Positions 39,835-50,404 of a stretch of 64,000 nt of DNA are shown one piece after another (the stretch's first letter is position 1; each line of letters starts with the position of its first letter). The translations under genes and the position numbers were made by a program. The notes beneath the pieces were generated by a model. The model ran no database searches, was not told the DNA's origin, and saw only the letters and a list, made by a program, of their open reading frames with translations. The stretch is taken from assembly GCA_965212015.1 (NCBI GenBank), contig OZ243037.1:1312001-1376000 (forward strand), in the 5' to 3' direction. This stretch comes from Cenarchaeum sp. GTDB lineage: Archaea > Thermoproteota > Nitrososphaeria > Nitrososphaerales > Nitrosopumilaceae.

Positions 39835-40737
39835 TTAGTTTACTTGGTACGACAGGTGCAGTGTCGGGGACTTTACCGCATCAAGGACCGCGCCTTTAAT
39901 CCACTCTTGCGGAAAAAAGATCTTTTTGGGGATAAACAGGTCAGTCGAGCCCACGCCCGGCACGTCCCTTACCTTCTGTGTCAGGTCGTCAAGCCCGAAT
40001 ATGTCGTCGCTGTACATGAGCAGCGCGATCTGATCCTCTGCAATATATGGGGCCTGCAGGAAATTCCCCGCGAATTTTTTCTTCAGCCTCTTGATGGTCT
40101 CTTTTGTATCGCGCGCAATCCGGGTCAGGATCACGTGCGGTATATAGCCGGTCATCCTGGTAGGATCATATACCAGCGTGAACTGGACTGCGTCGTTTTT
40201 TTGCATCTTTTCTATGGATCTTGCAACCGTCTTTGTCGACAGGCTGATCTTTTTTGCAAGCGTTTCTATCTTTTGCCTCGGATTGTCCATCAGCCCGCTT
40301 ACTATCACAATGTCCGTCTTTGTCAGGCTTGTATATCCGCCGGAATCCCCGGCCTCAAAAACATTAAGCACCATTACGTCCTTCATCAGCCCCTCTGCAA
40401 TCTTTATCTTTTGGCGCACGTCTTCTTTTACCACTATTCCGCATATCGTTATCCCGCCCACGCACGGAACTATCATGAATGGCTGGCCCACCAGTCTTAC
40501 CTGCTTTAGTATGGCGTCATGATCCCGCCCCGTCACGACGATATAGAAAACCCCGTAGCCCAGAAGGGGCGGCTCTATCCTCAGGGTGAAATATTCAATG
40601 ACCCTGCCCTTTTGCATTTTTTTTATCCTGGCATTTACCGCACTGCCAGAGATGCCCAGATGTCTTCCAATCTGCCTGTCTGATTCCCTACAATTGTTCA
40701 ACAGCCTGCCGAGAATCCGCATATCTAAACTGTCCAA
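39835..40737 (-). CDS. Tandem Lrp/AsnC transcriptional regulator
   Basis: Two HTH-RAM repeats (D.LD.RIL..L; D..I...L..NPR). Confidence 0.9.
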   Translation of the reverse strand: MDSLDMRILGRLLNNCRESDRQIGRHLGISGSAVNARIKKMQKGRVIEYFTLRIEPPLLGYGVFYIVVTGRDHDAILKQVRLVGQPFMIVPCVGGITICGIVVKEDVRQKIKIAEGLMKDVMVLNVFEAGDSGGYTSLTKTDIVIVSGLMDNPRQKIETLAKKISLSTKTVARSIEKMQKNDAVQFTLVYDPTRMTGYIPHVILTRIARDTKETIKRLKKKFAGNFLQAPYIAEDQIALLMYSDDIFGLDDLTQKVRDVPGVGSTDLFIPKKIFFPQEWIKGAVLDAVKSPTLHLSYQVN

Positions 40738-40914
40738 TCTAATGCCTCGATATCCATTTTATGATTCATTATCTACTTATAATATATAAAAATGTCGTGA
40801 ATATATATTATTTCCAGTTTAATGGATCATTTTATACTTTAATACCATAAAAATCTCTTATATGCTACTATTTGGCATGATATACCTTATATATAAGACT
40901 ATTTTATACAAGGC

Positions 40915-42102
40915 ATGGAATACCGGCTTAATCTGGCCAAAAGAATGCTGTTCAACAAAAAGGGAAGCCTGATCGGGGCGGTGCTTGCCGTGATGATTGG
41001 AATACTGGTAATTCATGTCAACTTTGTAATATTTCAGGGCCTGTTTGATGCCATAGTCCGCGATCTCACAGATTACAGGTTTGGAAACATCTCAGTTACG
41101 GACGACGAGGACTATATTGACAAGTCTGACCTGTCGCTGGTCAGCTGGTTTGAAAGGATACCGTACGTCGAGGCGGCAACGCCCCGGCTGTCTTCAACAG
41201 CCGCCATCAACATAACAAAGTCCGGACAGCGAATAGAGGAGACGCGAATTCCCATAGTGGGAGTGGATCCCCTCAGGGATATCAGGACGTCTACCGTTCA
41301 CACCACCGTAACGGAAGGACAGTTTGTCTTTTCCAGAAACTCCATCGTGTTAGGCTCCAACGTGGCAGAAGACCTCGGGGGTGCTACAGTCGGCGACAGC
41401 GTACAGGTAGGGGTGGTAGACAGGGGCGGCGAGGATCAGATCAGGCGGTTTGTCGTGACCGGGATTGCAAAATCCCCGGGCGGGCAGGGTTTTGACTATA
41501 GCGTAGTAGTTCACATTGATACCCTGCGCGGCATGCTGGACAGACCGGGCGACACGGGATCCATAATGGTAAAGCTAAACGATCCGGCCAAGGCAGAGGA
41601 AGTCAGGGACTTTTTTTTGGCGGCGTTTCCAAACGACGACTTTATCGCAGAGACGATAGAGGAGGCCGCAGAAGAACAGCTAGAGGGCTTTAGATCCGGG
41701 ATTGCCCTGATAAACCTGATAGGGTATTTCGGCATGATGTCCTCTGCGTTTGCGATTGTGACAATACAGATGATGCTGGTAACCGGAAAAACAAGGGAGA
41801 TCGGGGTGATGCGCGCCATAGGGGCGCGCAGAAAGGACATACTGATCATATTTCTCTTCCAGGGAATGATCATCGGGGTCATAGGCGCGGGGGTCGGAAC
41901 CGCAGCTGGCCTTGGATACACGTTTTATGCAAAGGAGGCAAAGCTGTCGTTTAGCGGAAGCCTGCCGCTGGAGGTGACCTACGACTGGGCAAAGATCATC
42001 CAGACTGCGCTGACATCGTTTGGCCTGGCAATACTGGCATCGCTTTATCCCTCGTACAGGGCGACGCGGTTGTTGCCGGTGGAGGCGATGCGCAATGTCT
42101 AG
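40915..42102 (+). CDS. ABC transporter permease (LolC/E-MacB family)
   Basis: REIG.MRAIGA, YP..RA..L.P.EAMR. Confidence 0.93.
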   Translation: MEYRLNLAKRMLFNKKGSLIGAVLAVMIGILVIHVNFVIFQGLFDAIVRDLTDYRFGNISVTDDEDYIDKSDLSLVSWFERIPYVEAATPRLSSTAAINITKSGQRIEETRIPIVGVDPLRDIRTSTVHTTVTEGQFVFSRNSIVLGSNVAEDLGGATVGDSVQVGVVDRGGEDQIRRFVVTGIAKSPGGQGFDYSVVVHIDTLRGMLDRPGDTGSIMVKLNDPAKAEEVRDFFLAAFPNDDFIAETIEEAAEEQLEGFRSGIALINLIGYFGMMSSAFAIVTIQMMLVTGKTREIGVMRAIGARRKDILIIFLFQGMIIGVIGAGVGTAAGLGYTFYAKEAKLSFSGSLPLEVTYDWAKIIQTALTSFGLAILASLYPSYRATRLLPVEAMRNV

Positions 42103-42793
42103 GGTGCTAGAGATAACCGGCCTGAGCAAGGCCTACGGCGAGGGCCAGACGCGGATCATGGCGCTTCAGGACGTAGAATTTGGAGTCGAAAAGGGGGAGT
42201 TTGTCCTCATTGTGGGAAGCTCCGGCTCTGGCAAGTCCACCCTGCTGAACATGATCGGCCTGCTAGACAGGCCGACTACTGGCAGAATCCTAGTCGACGG
42301 GATAGATGCCACCATGCTTGACGACGGCAAGATCTCGTCATTTAGGAACAAAAAGCTTGGCTTTATCTTCCAGTTCTCCAACCTGCTTGCCGATCTCTCG
42401 GTAATAGAAAACGTGCTGCTTCCAAGGCAGATTGCAGGCACCGGCCGTGATGCCAAAAGGGACGCAGAAGAGCTGCTCCGGGCAGTGGACCTGAATGACC
42501 AAATGTACAAGCGTGCAAACAAGATCTCCGGCGGACAGGCGCAGCGGGCCGCCATTGCCAGGGGCCTCATCAACAACCCCACGATAGTGCTTGCCGACGA
42601 GCCTACCGGAAACCTTGACTCTGTTACAGCAGAGACCATAGTGCAGCTGATGAAGACGATTGCAAAAAAAATGGGGCTGACCTTTGTTATAGTCACGCAC
42701 GACCGGCACCAGTTCGGCCAGGTCGACAGGGTGATTACCATCAAGGACGGGCGCGCCTTTGAGGACAAGCAGCAGGCGGGGGTGGCGGCATGA
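42095..42793 (+). CDS. ABC transporter ATPase (LolD family)
   Basis: GSSGSGKS, ISGGQ.QR, ADEPTGNLD; ATG at ~42095. Confidence 0.95.
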   Translation: MSRVLEITGLSKAYGEGQTRIMALQDVEFGVEKGEFVLIVGSSGSGKSTLLNMIGLLDRPTTGRILVDGIDATMLDDGKISSFRNKKLGFIFQFSNLLADLSVIENVLLPRQIAGTGRDAKRDAEELLRAVDLNDQMYKRANKISGGQAQRAAIARGLINNPTIVLADEPTGNLDSVTAETIVQLMKTIAKKMGLTFVIVTHDRHQFGQVDRVITIKDGRAFEDKQQAGVAA

Positions 42794-44079
42794 GGAACAT
42801 CATACTGCTGGCAGTCCTGATTGCCAGCTCGATTCTCGCCGGCGACGCATACGCGCAGACGGGAACGGCCGACTCTTTCTTTGATAGGAGGTTCGGCGAC
42901 GTAAAATTCATTGACGCGTACTTTGGCACGGAGGATGAAAAGATCGAGGTGACGCCGGGGGATCAAAACGTCCCCTTTACGGTGATAATCGCCAACATAG
43001 GCACCGAGGACATTACGGGCATCAAGGGACAGCTGTCCCTGCCAATCGGCTTTTCGCCTACTGACGGGCCTGATGCCATAATCGAGGCAGACAGCGTCAC
43101 AAACACCGCCGCCGGGGAGAACTTTGCGCTGAAATTCTTTGTAAACATTGGCGAGCACGCAAATATCGGGAATTACCAGGCGTCCGCCAAGGTTGAATAT
43201 TCCCGGCTGCGCGAATCGGGGCTGAGAAACGCGTTTTTTGACTTTGACTTTAAGGTTACGGGCGACAGCATCATAAACATGAAGGCGACTGACCCGTTTT
43301 TGATCTCGCTGCAAAAAAACAAGGTGGTAATTGAAATATCAAACCACGGCACGGCCCCCGTCTCCGGCGTCGACATTGAGCTGCAAAACACGCAGGACAC
43401 CATATCGTCGACTGCACAGTCCATAACAAACACGGAAAACGTGGTAATCCTCGACACCAACTGGGACGTGGGCCACATTGGACCGGGCGAGGCAAAGTAT
43501 TTTGAGCTGGAGATATACGTGCCGGCGTCGGTAAAGGGCGACACCCTGCGCACCCCGATGGAGGTGACATACTTTAACGCCCACGGGGACAGGTATACAA
43601 TCTCCCGCATCGTGGATTTTTACGTCAAGGGATTCATTGACACGTCAGTCTATAACGTGGGCGTAATAGAGCTGTCAGGCAAGTCCACCATCATCGGCGA
43701 GATAATCAACGAGGGCAACGAGAATGCGCTGTTTGGGTTTGTAACAGTCGAGCCGCTGGGCAGCTCAAACATAAGACCCACGACGCAGTTCATCGACGAG
43801 ATCGAAATCGAATCGCCGGTGCCCTTTAACGTGCAGGTAGAGTTTGACGGCCCGCCGCAGTACGGCGAGCACGACATACTGATCACCGTCCGATACAAGG
43901 ACGACGTCAGAAACGAGATATTCGTCACGCACGAGGCGACGGTCTTTTTGGAGGATCATTCAAAAGACACAGAGTCAAATGCCGACTATATGCCGCTTTT
44001 CATACTGCCCGCAGTCGCAGTAGCGGGGTTTTTGGGATTCCGCGTGTACAAGAAAAAAACGGCGGAAAACTCTACGTGA
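42790..44079 (+). CDS. COG1361-type S-layer-domain membrane protein
   Basis: Signal peptide, repeated Ig-like units (I.N.G...A), C-terminal TM; typical partner of LolCDE-like exporters in archaea. Confidence 0.85.
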   Translation: MRNIILLAVLIASSILAGDAYAQTGTADSFFDRRFGDVKFIDAYFGTEDEKIEVTPGDQNVPFTVIIANIGTEDITGIKGQLSLPIGFSPTDGPDAIIEADSVTNTAAGENFALKFFVNIGEHANIGNYQASAKVEYSRLRESGLRNAFFDFDFKVTGDSIINMKATDPFLISLQKNKVVIEISNHGTAPVSGVDIELQNTQDTISSTAQSITNTENVVILDTNWDVGHIGPGEAKYFELEIYVPASVKGDTLRTPMEVTYFNAHGDRYTISRIVDFYVKGFIDTSVYNVGVIELSGKSTIIGEIINEGNENALFGFVTVEPLGSSNIRPTTQFIDEIEIESPVPFNVQVEFDGPPQYGEHDILITVRYKDDVRNEIFVTHEATVFLEDHSKDTESNADYMPLFILPAVAVAGFLGFRVYKKKTAENST

Positions 44080-44191
44080 TGCGCGCAGACCGTGCCTGCA
44101 GTATCCGCACCGCCTGCCAGTCTGTAATGCCGCCGGGACTATACCGTGGCGCAAAAACTTAACAAGTAGCGGCACTGCGATCATCTTACCG

Positions 44192-44557
44192 ATGTTTGGC
44201 GAGGAGATCGAGGTTCCAAAGGAGATCAGGCAGTTTATGATGGCAGGTGCAGAGGAGACCGTACTTGGCCAGAAAAACGGGGCAAGACGCCAGTACCGGT
44301 ACGGCAGGCTGCACATTCGGGAGTATGACGGCAGGTATCTGGTGCATATGGACAGAGTTGATCCAAGAAAGAGGCCGCTTGCACACCTTGTTTATGACGC
44401 CCCGGAGGTACTAGTGGGACTGTCACTGGCAGGACTCGGATCACTATTAAGGATAAAACCGCTCCCGCTGCAAATCGCCGGCTCCCTGCTGCTTGGCATT
44501 GCAGGCTATGCCGCCGCAAAAAAACTCAAGGATCTGGGTGAGACAAGATACCACTAG
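44192..44557 (+). CDS. Conserved archaeal hypothetical protein with C-terminal TM
   Basis: GA.RQYR...LHIREY...H.D.VDP...PL.HL..D.PE. Confidence 0.75.
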   Translation: MFGEEIEVPKEIRQFMMAGAEETVLGQKNGARRQYRYGRLHIREYDGRYLVHMDRVDPRKRPLAHLVYDAPEVLVGLSLAGLGSLLRIKPLPLQIAGSLLLGIAGYAAAKKLKDLGETRYH

Positions 44558-46095
44558 TCCGCACTGCGCGCGTCGCATTCAAGCTACTGCCGTCGCTGCT
44601 GGCGCTAAGGCGGGACCGGAGGGAATGGATCCGGCAGGGGGGCAGAAACATCGAGGCCGAAAAGTACAGGAAAAACGCCCGGAGGGCACTTGAGACGTTC
44701 ATATCGCTCGGGCCGGTATACATCAAGCTGGGACAGTGGCTGTCCTCGCGGGCAGACATACTGCCGCAGCCGTACATGGAGGAGCTCTCAAAGCTGCAAG
44801 ACGACGTCCCGGCGGAACCCTTTCAGAAAATAAAGCCGATAATAGAGCGTGATCTGGGATCCATAGACGACACGTTCTCCTTTATGGGATCAAGCGCAAT
44901 CTCTGGCGCGTCACTAGGGCAGGTATACCTTGCAAAAATCGACAGGCAGGACGTGGTAGTAAAGGTAAAGCGGCCCGGAATAGAGGGGATTGTCGCCCAG
45001 GATCTACAGGTTCTCAAAAAAATCCTCCCCCTGGCGCTGAGGTTCGTCGATCCCAACCTGAGGTTTTCCGCACGCGCCATGCTGGCGCAGTTCATAGAGA
45101 CGATATACGAGGAGATGGACTATACCCTCGAGTCCTCAAACCTAAAGAGAATAAAGCAAAACATGAAAAAATACCCAAACGTCGTGGTTCCAGACGTGTA
45201 TGACGACTATTCCTCAAAAAACATCCTGACCATGGAGTATGTGCCGGGAATCAAGGTCACCGACATCGAGGAGCTAGACAGGAGGGGAATCGACAGGCAA
45301 AAGCTAGTAGTCGACGTCCACAGGATCTTTTTTACAATGCTGCTGCGCAACACGATCTTTCATGCCGATCCGCACCCCGGAAACGTCTCAGTCACGGACG
45401 ACGGCAGGCTGATTCTCTACGACTATGGGATGGTCGGAAGGCTGGACGACCAGACAAGGATGCAGCTGGTGAGGCTGTACCTTGCGCTAGTCGAAAAAAA
45501 CCCGCAGCGAACAGTCGGCGCGATGAAGTCACTCGGCATGCTGATGCCGGATTTTAACCAGTCGGTGATTGAAAGGGCAATAGAGATGTCCATACGCGCG
45601 ATGCACGGAAGAAAACCCGACGAGATGGAAGTCGAGGGCCTAATGGAGATTGCCAACAAGACCATGGGCAGGTTTCCGTTTATCCTGCCAAAACACCTCG
45701 CACTATACATGAGGATGGCCTCGATCATCGAGGGGATATACAAGACGCACCGGGTGGATTTCAAGTTCGTCCGGGTGCTCAAAAACATACTGGAAGAAGA
45801 GGACCTGATCAGGGACGCCTATCTCGAGGAGCTAAAACAGTCATTTGACACGATTGCAAAGTCCATCGATGCGACGATCAGCATTGCGCCTGAGCTAAAA
45901 AAACTCATCGACGACGGCAGATCCCTCCGGCTCAACGCGGGGCAGAGATCAGGCATGATCCCCGGCAGCATACTCTTGGCTGCCGTATTCGTGGGATCGG
46001 CAATACTGTACGGCTCCAACGAGGTTCTGGGCATTGCCGGAATGGCGTGCTCGATGGTTGCAATGTCAGTCTATGCCGTTTTCAAAAAGCGCTAA
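44548..46095 (+). CDS. AarF/UbiB (ABC1) atypical kinase, probable ATA start
   Basis: Conserved LGP.YIKLGQ.LS.R.D lies upstream of the first ATG (44776); ASLGQVY, VKV.RP, FHADPHPGN, DYGM. Confidence 0.92.
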   Translation: MPLVRTARVAFKLLPSLLALRRDRREWIRQGGRNIEAEKYRKNARRALETFISLGPVYIKLGQWLSSRADILPQPYMEELSKLQDDVPAEPFQKIKPIIERDLGSIDDTFSFMGSSAISGASLGQVYLAKIDRQDVVVKVKRPGIEGIVAQDLQVLKKILPLALRFVDPNLRFSARAMLAQFIETIYEEMDYTLESSNLKRIKQNMKKYPNVVVPDVYDDYSSKNILTMEYVPGIKVTDIEELDRRGIDRQKLVVDVHRIFFTMLLRNTIFHADPHPGNVSVTDDGRLILYDYGMVGRLDDQTRMQLVRLYLALVEKNPQRTVGAMKSLGMLMPDFNQSVIERAIEMSIRAMHGRKPDEMEVEGLMEIANKTMGRFPFILPKHLALYMRMASIIEGIYKTHRVDFKFVRVLKNILEEEDLIRDAYLEELKQSFDTIAKSIDATISIAPELKKLIDDGRSLRLNAGQRSGMIPGSILLAAVFVGSAILYGSNEVLGIAGMACSMVAMSVYAVFKKR

Positions 46096-46485
46096 TCACT
46101 CTATGCGTATGTCCCTGTCGTTTTTGACCAGGGGAAAGACGAGCGTCAGGATTCCGTCGGCGTACTTTGCCGCGGTAATCTCTTTTTTCTCCTCGATGGG
46201 AACCGGCAACAGTATCTTTTTGTCGATTATGCGCGGGCGCTGATCATAGATTGCCCTGCCCCGGGCATCGCCGTCGTCTGGCTTTTTTGCGCTAATTGAC
46301 AGGATGTTTTCCGCAATGCTCAGCTTTATCTCGTCTTTTTTAAATCCCGGAATGTCGATTACCACCGTCAGCTCAGAATCGCCCAGATGCATGTCGACTG
46401 GAGGCAGTACAAACTCGTAGAACTCTCTTGACTTGTTGCCTATCCCCTTTACTATCTCCCTTGCCACGGATTTTACCAGCTCCAA
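46096..46485 (-). CDS. Small heat-shock protein Hsp20
   Basis: P.D, DIPG..K.EI, A.Y.DG.L. Confidence 0.9.
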   Translation of the reverse strand: MELVKSVAREIVKGIGNKSREFYEFVLPPVDMHLGDSELTVVIDIPGFKKDEIKLSIAENILSISAKKPDDGDARGRAIYDQRPRIIDKKILLPVPIEEKKEITAAKYADGILTLVFPLVKNDRDIRIE

Positions 46486-46678
46486 TTTCAGTGATTGGGC
46501 GTTTTTTGGTTATAAACCTTGGCGGATGGCCTGCAAATTCCGACTTTTGCGCCGTGGCCGGTCTTGCCGCACCGGCAAGCTAGCCACCTGCAAGATCTTT
46601 TTTCACATCATGGCGCTCTATTTTCCGGCACAATTCTGATAGATTTTTAAATTAATTGCCCCCCACGAAAAGCCACTC

Positions 46679-47260
46679 ATGATAATAGTGATCGAAGGCG
46701 GGGATCAGGCGGGCAAAAAGACCCAGTCCGGCCTTCTTGCAAGGGCACTGCGCAAAAGAAAGCTAAAGACCCGCGTCTTTAGCTTTCCGGACTATTCCAC
46801 CCCGGTGGGCAGGGCGATAGACGGGTATCTCAACGGGCGGAGCAGCCCGCCGCTGCAGACGGTCCACTGCCTGCTTGCCGCCAACAGGTGGGAAAAACTC
46901 GACGAGATCAAAAGGGCAGTCTCGGAGAACTCGGTCATTATAATGAACAGGTACTACCAGTCCAACATGGTATACGGAATGGTGAACGGAATGGGGCCGG
47001 AATGGCTGGCAAACCTTGATCGCGGCCTGCCAAGGGCGGATCTGGTAATACTGCTCGACGTTGCACAAGGGGAGTCATTTAGGAGAAAGGCCGCAAAAAG
47101 GGACCAGTTCGAAAAAAGCGAGGCGTTTTCGCGCAAGATATCGCTTGCCTACAAAAGGATGGCAAGGGCCAAGAGGTGGAGGATAGTCGATGCGTCCGGA
47201 ACCCGCCGGGAGGTACACGAAAGGATAATGGACGTGCTTGCACGAAAACTGGGAAAATGA
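46679..47260 (+). CDS. tmk: Thymidylate kinase
   Basis: IEG.D.AGK.TQ, FP.Y, NRY..S..VY. Confidence 0.94.
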   Translation: MIIVIEGGDQAGKKTQSGLLARALRKRKLKTRVFSFPDYSTPVGRAIDGYLNGRSSPPLQTVHCLLAANRWEKLDEIKRAVSENSVIIMNRYYQSNMVYGMVNGMGPEWLANLDRGLPRADLVILLDVAQGESFRRKAAKRDQFEKSEAFSRKISLAYKRMARAKRWRIVDASGTRREVHERIMDVLARKLGK

Positions 47261-48501
47261 AAAAAAACTATATCGACATAATTGATCCGATTCACAGCTT
47301 TATCAGAATCAACCCCCTGGAGCACCAAATAGTGGATCTTGCGGTATTTCAGCGGCTGCGAAGGATACGGCAGCTATCGGGCGCGCATCTGACCTATCCG
47401 GGCGCGCAGCACACCCGGTTTGAGCACTCGCTTGGCGTCATGCACATTGCCGGGCAGGCGGCCCAGTCGCTGCAGGAGAAGGGAATCCTGGACTCCGACA
47501 AGGTAGAGCAGCTGAGGCTTGCCGGACTATTACACGACATTGGACACGGCCCGTTTTCACACCTTTTCGAGGAGGTCCTAGGTGAGCAATCAAAAGTGTC
47601 GCACGAGGATATAGGCAGGAGGATAATCAAAGAGACAGAAATCGGGGACATACTCTCAAAGTCGGGCCACGACAAAAAACTCGTAACGGGGCTGGCGTTT
47701 GGCAGCTCCGGGCCTGGGTACATGAACGAGATAATCTCGGGGATTCTAAGCGCCGACATGATGGACTATCTTCTCAGGGACGGATACTTTACCGGGGCAG
47801 AGCACGCAAGAATCGATCACAACAGGATCATCCGGTCACTCAACGTATACCGGAACAGGCTGGCGCTTGAAAAGTCCGCCCTGTATTCGTTCGAGTCGAT
47901 ACTGCACTCCAGGTACCAGATGTTCAAGACGGTCTATTTTCACAAGACCGTCCGGGCAGTCGAAGTCATGCTCCTAGAGTCCATCCGGCTGGCACGGGGG
48001 GAGCTAGGACTGGTCCCGATGGACCTTGACTATTACGTAAAGCTTACCGACGAGATAATCCTCTCAAAACTGCTGGCGCTGGAGCCTAGGACCGAGGAGC
48101 TGCGGCGCGCAAGGGGCTTTGCTGAGGACTATCGTGACAGGAGGCTGCTCAAGTGCGTGTATGAGCGCTTTGTCGCAAACAAGTCAAAGTCCGGCAGCAT
48201 CAATGCGGCGGAGCTCAGATCCGAGCTCTCGCGGAAATCCAAGATAGACGAGAGCATGATCTTTATTGACAGCTCGACTGCCCCGTCAATCCCGCTGGCC
48301 CCCTCCCACGAAGAGTCCCAGTCAGTCGTCCTGGTATCGCATGCAGGCGGCAGGCCGTCTGTGGAGGAGAGGCCGGTCAGCCAGATCCCCCTCGTGGCTG
48401 CCATGTCCGGATTCATGAACATATTGAGGGTCTATACGGCCGGCAAGACCAGAAAAAAAGTTGAAATTGCCGCCAGATCTGTCCTTGGTGGGCTGGAATG
48501 A
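47257..48501 (+). CDS. HD-domain phosphohydrolase (YdhJ/SAMHD1-like)
   Basis: [36 protein letters not shown]. Confidence 0.94.
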   Translation: MKKNYIDIIDPIHSFIRINPLEHQIVDLAVFQRLRRIRQLSGAHLTYPGAQHTRFEHSLGVMHIAGQAAQSLQEKGILDSDKVEQLRLAGLLHDIGHGPFSHLFEEVLGEQSKVSHEDIGRRIIKETEIGDILSKSGHDKKLVTGLAFGSSGPGYMNEIISGILSADMMDYLLRDGYFTGAEHARIDHNRIIRSLNVYRNRLALEKSALYSFESILHSRYQMFKTVYFHKTVRAVEVMLLESIRLARGELGLVPMDLDYYVKLTDEIILSKLLALEPRTEELRRARGFAEDYRDRRLLKCVYERFVANKSKSGSINAAELRSELSRKSKIDESMIFIDSSTAPSIPLAPSHEESQSVVLVSHAGGRPSVEERPVSQIPLVAAMSGFMNILRVYTAGKTRKKVEIAARSVLGGLE

Positions 48502-49172
48502 AAAGACGAGTCGTGATAAAGCTGTCGGGAAGGGTTTTTGACATGGATGACGCCGGATCCCTCGGGAAATATGCGTCGTCTCTTGTGAAAATTGCCAGGG
48601 TGTGCCAGCCCATAGTCATAGCCGGCGGCGGAAAAATCGCGCGCAGGTACATTGATCATGCCAGATCCTCTGGCGCCGACGAGTCCACGCTAGACGAGAT
48701 GGGAATAGAGATCTCCCGGCTCAACGCCAGGCTTTTGATTTGCGCGCTAAAACAAAAGGCGTACCAGCACATGCCCGTCACGCTGCAGGAGGTCCAGCGC
48801 GCAGCTGATAGCGGCATGATCGTAGTGGCCGGCGGGCTGCATCCGGGCCACAGCACGAACGGAACGGCCGCCCTGATTGCAGAAAAGATAAAGGCCGCAG
48901 AATTCCTCAACGCCACTGACGTAGACGGGGTGTACGACTCGGATCCCAACACGCATAGGGGCGCAAAAAAGCTCAAAAAAATCGAACTAAAAAAGCTCAG
49001 AAACATGCTGGTCCACGAGGACTCGGCCGCCGGCGGATACGACCTGATGGATATTGTGGCGCTAAAAATAATCGAGCGCTCAAGGATAAAGACCAGGGTG
49101 CTAAGGGCCGATCCCCGAAACCTCGAAAAGGCAGTCAGGGGGACTGCCGTCGGCACGGAGATAGTGACATAG
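48498..49172 (+). CDS. pyrH: UMP kinase
   Basis: [23 protein letters not shown]. Confidence 0.95.
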   Translation: MKRRVVIKLSGRVFDMDDAGSLGKYASSLVKIARVCQPIVIAGGGKIARRYIDHARSSGADESTLDEMGIEISRLNARLLICALKQKAYQHMPVTLQEVQRAADSGMIVVAGGLHPGHSTNGTAALIAEKIKAAEFLNATDVDGVYDSDPNTHRGAKKLKKIELKKLRNMLVHEDSAAGGYDLMDIVALKIIERSRIKTRVLRADPRNLEKAVRGTAVGTEIVT

Positions 49173-49173
49173 C

Positions 49174-49521
49174 CTACATGCCCTGCATTGCCGGATACTC
49201 GTCGTTCCAGATCAGGATCCTGCTTCCGGGAAACTCTGCAACGCCTGCCTGCCTTGCCTTTTGAAAAACCTCCATGGCCTTTTGTTTTTCCATGGCCTTT
49301 GTCTGCGCCTTTGTGCACCCGTCGCAGTCGACTAGAATCGCCACAAAGCCGTCGGGCGTCTTGATCACGGCGGCAAGATCGTCCTCGCCGACTGGCATGA
49401 ACTTTCCGTCTATCTTTTTCGTAGTCAGAGTCAGCATTGCAAACCCGGCCAGCTCAAAGAGCCTCATCTGTGATTTTGCCGCCCTCTGCTTTCCCTGCTG
49501 TACGGCCTGAAAATACTGCAC
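49174..49521 (-). CDS. Hypothetical protein
   Basis: GTG 49521 with TTATA upstream; coherent globular sequence. Confidence 0.65.
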   Translation of the reverse strand: MQYFQAVQQGKQRAAKSQMRLFELAGFAMLTLTTKKIDGKFMPVGEDDLAAVIKTPDGFVAILVDCDGCTKAQTKAMEKQKAMEVFQKARQAGVAEFPGSRILIWNDEYPAMQGM

Positions 49522-49618
49522 AGGCAGACTGTGCCGGCTTGCTATAATAATTCTTTGAGATTCGGCCGCGCCTCCCGGCTTGTCAACATTTAAGAGATGT
49601 TTTGAATGACACGACTGC

Positions 49619-50149
49619 GTGAACCCAAGGATATTCGTCATTGTAGCCATGACGGCCTTTGCGGCAATTCTGGGCGCCGTGGCCTTTGGCTATGTAATAC
49701 CGGGCATTCCCAGTAACGGCCTGTCGCCCTCTGTGGGGCCGGCCATGCCGCTTGAGGTGCAGCTCGAGCACATACTGATAGACGAGGTCACCCCCAAGGC
49801 GGCCACCATAATGATCCAGTTTATCGTAGAGAATCCCAACTCAAAGTCAGTCATACTGCAATTTATAAAATACGAGCTATACGAGGACGGCAAGCGGATA
49901 CACATAGGCGAGATCGGCAACCGTCCGAACGCCTTTGTCACAGAATCCAACTATTTCACGGTACTTCCGGATCAACGAACGGTACTCTATGACACGATCA
50001 CCATAAAAAACACGGGAAACACCCCGGAGCTGTGGGACGCACTGACTAGCGGTTCCCCGTCCTGGCGCGTTCTGGCAGAGGCGTATTTCAACCTCAGCTC
50101 CATTACCAGCGGTGGTGAGAACATTGCCGAGTTTGAGTTCGTCCCCTAG
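49619..50149 (+). CDS. LEA type-2-like membrane-anchored protein
   Basis: N-terminal TM; V.NPN, I.YELY.DG..I..G; paralogous pattern to 10070-10570. Confidence 0.72.
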   Translation: MNPRIFVIVAMTAFAAILGAVAFGYVIPGIPSNGLSPSVGPAMPLEVQLEHILIDEVTPKAATIMIQFIVENPNSKSVILQFIKYELYEDGKRIHIGEIGNRPNAFVTESNYFTVLPDQRTVLYDTITIKNTGNTPELWDALTSGSPSWRVLAEAYFNLSSITSGGENIAEFEFVP

Positions 50150-50266
50150 CGTCCGGCGGCGACTGCCTGCGGTATAGTATCATGATTTTGGAAAATTATG
50201 ATTATTTGTCAAAACAGGTGAAAAATTGGCAAAATTATATATGATTAGTAATAGCCTTTCAAGGAA

Positions 50267-50377
50267 ATGGCAGAAGCAGCAATGAGCGCATTTGGCGCGG
50301 CAATCGGAGTCTCGATTGCTCTGGCAGTAGTAACATTTGCATTACGTGGTAAAGGGCATCCGGAACCAATAGAGTAA
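50267..50377 (+). CDS. 36-aa single-TM micro-protein
   Basis: TTATATAT box upstream, T-rich terminator downstream; MAEAAMSAFGAAIGVSIALAVVTFALRGKGHPEPIE. Confidence 0.7.
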   Translation: MAEAAMSAFGAAIGVSIALAVVTFALRGKGHPEPIE

Positions 50378-50404
50378 ATGTACAAAACCTTTACAACCTT
50401 TTTC

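Noticed and set aside
42166-43314. 382-aa antisense ORF and many similar shadow ORFs
   Set aside because: Antisense to well-supported genes; expected in GC-rich coding DNA
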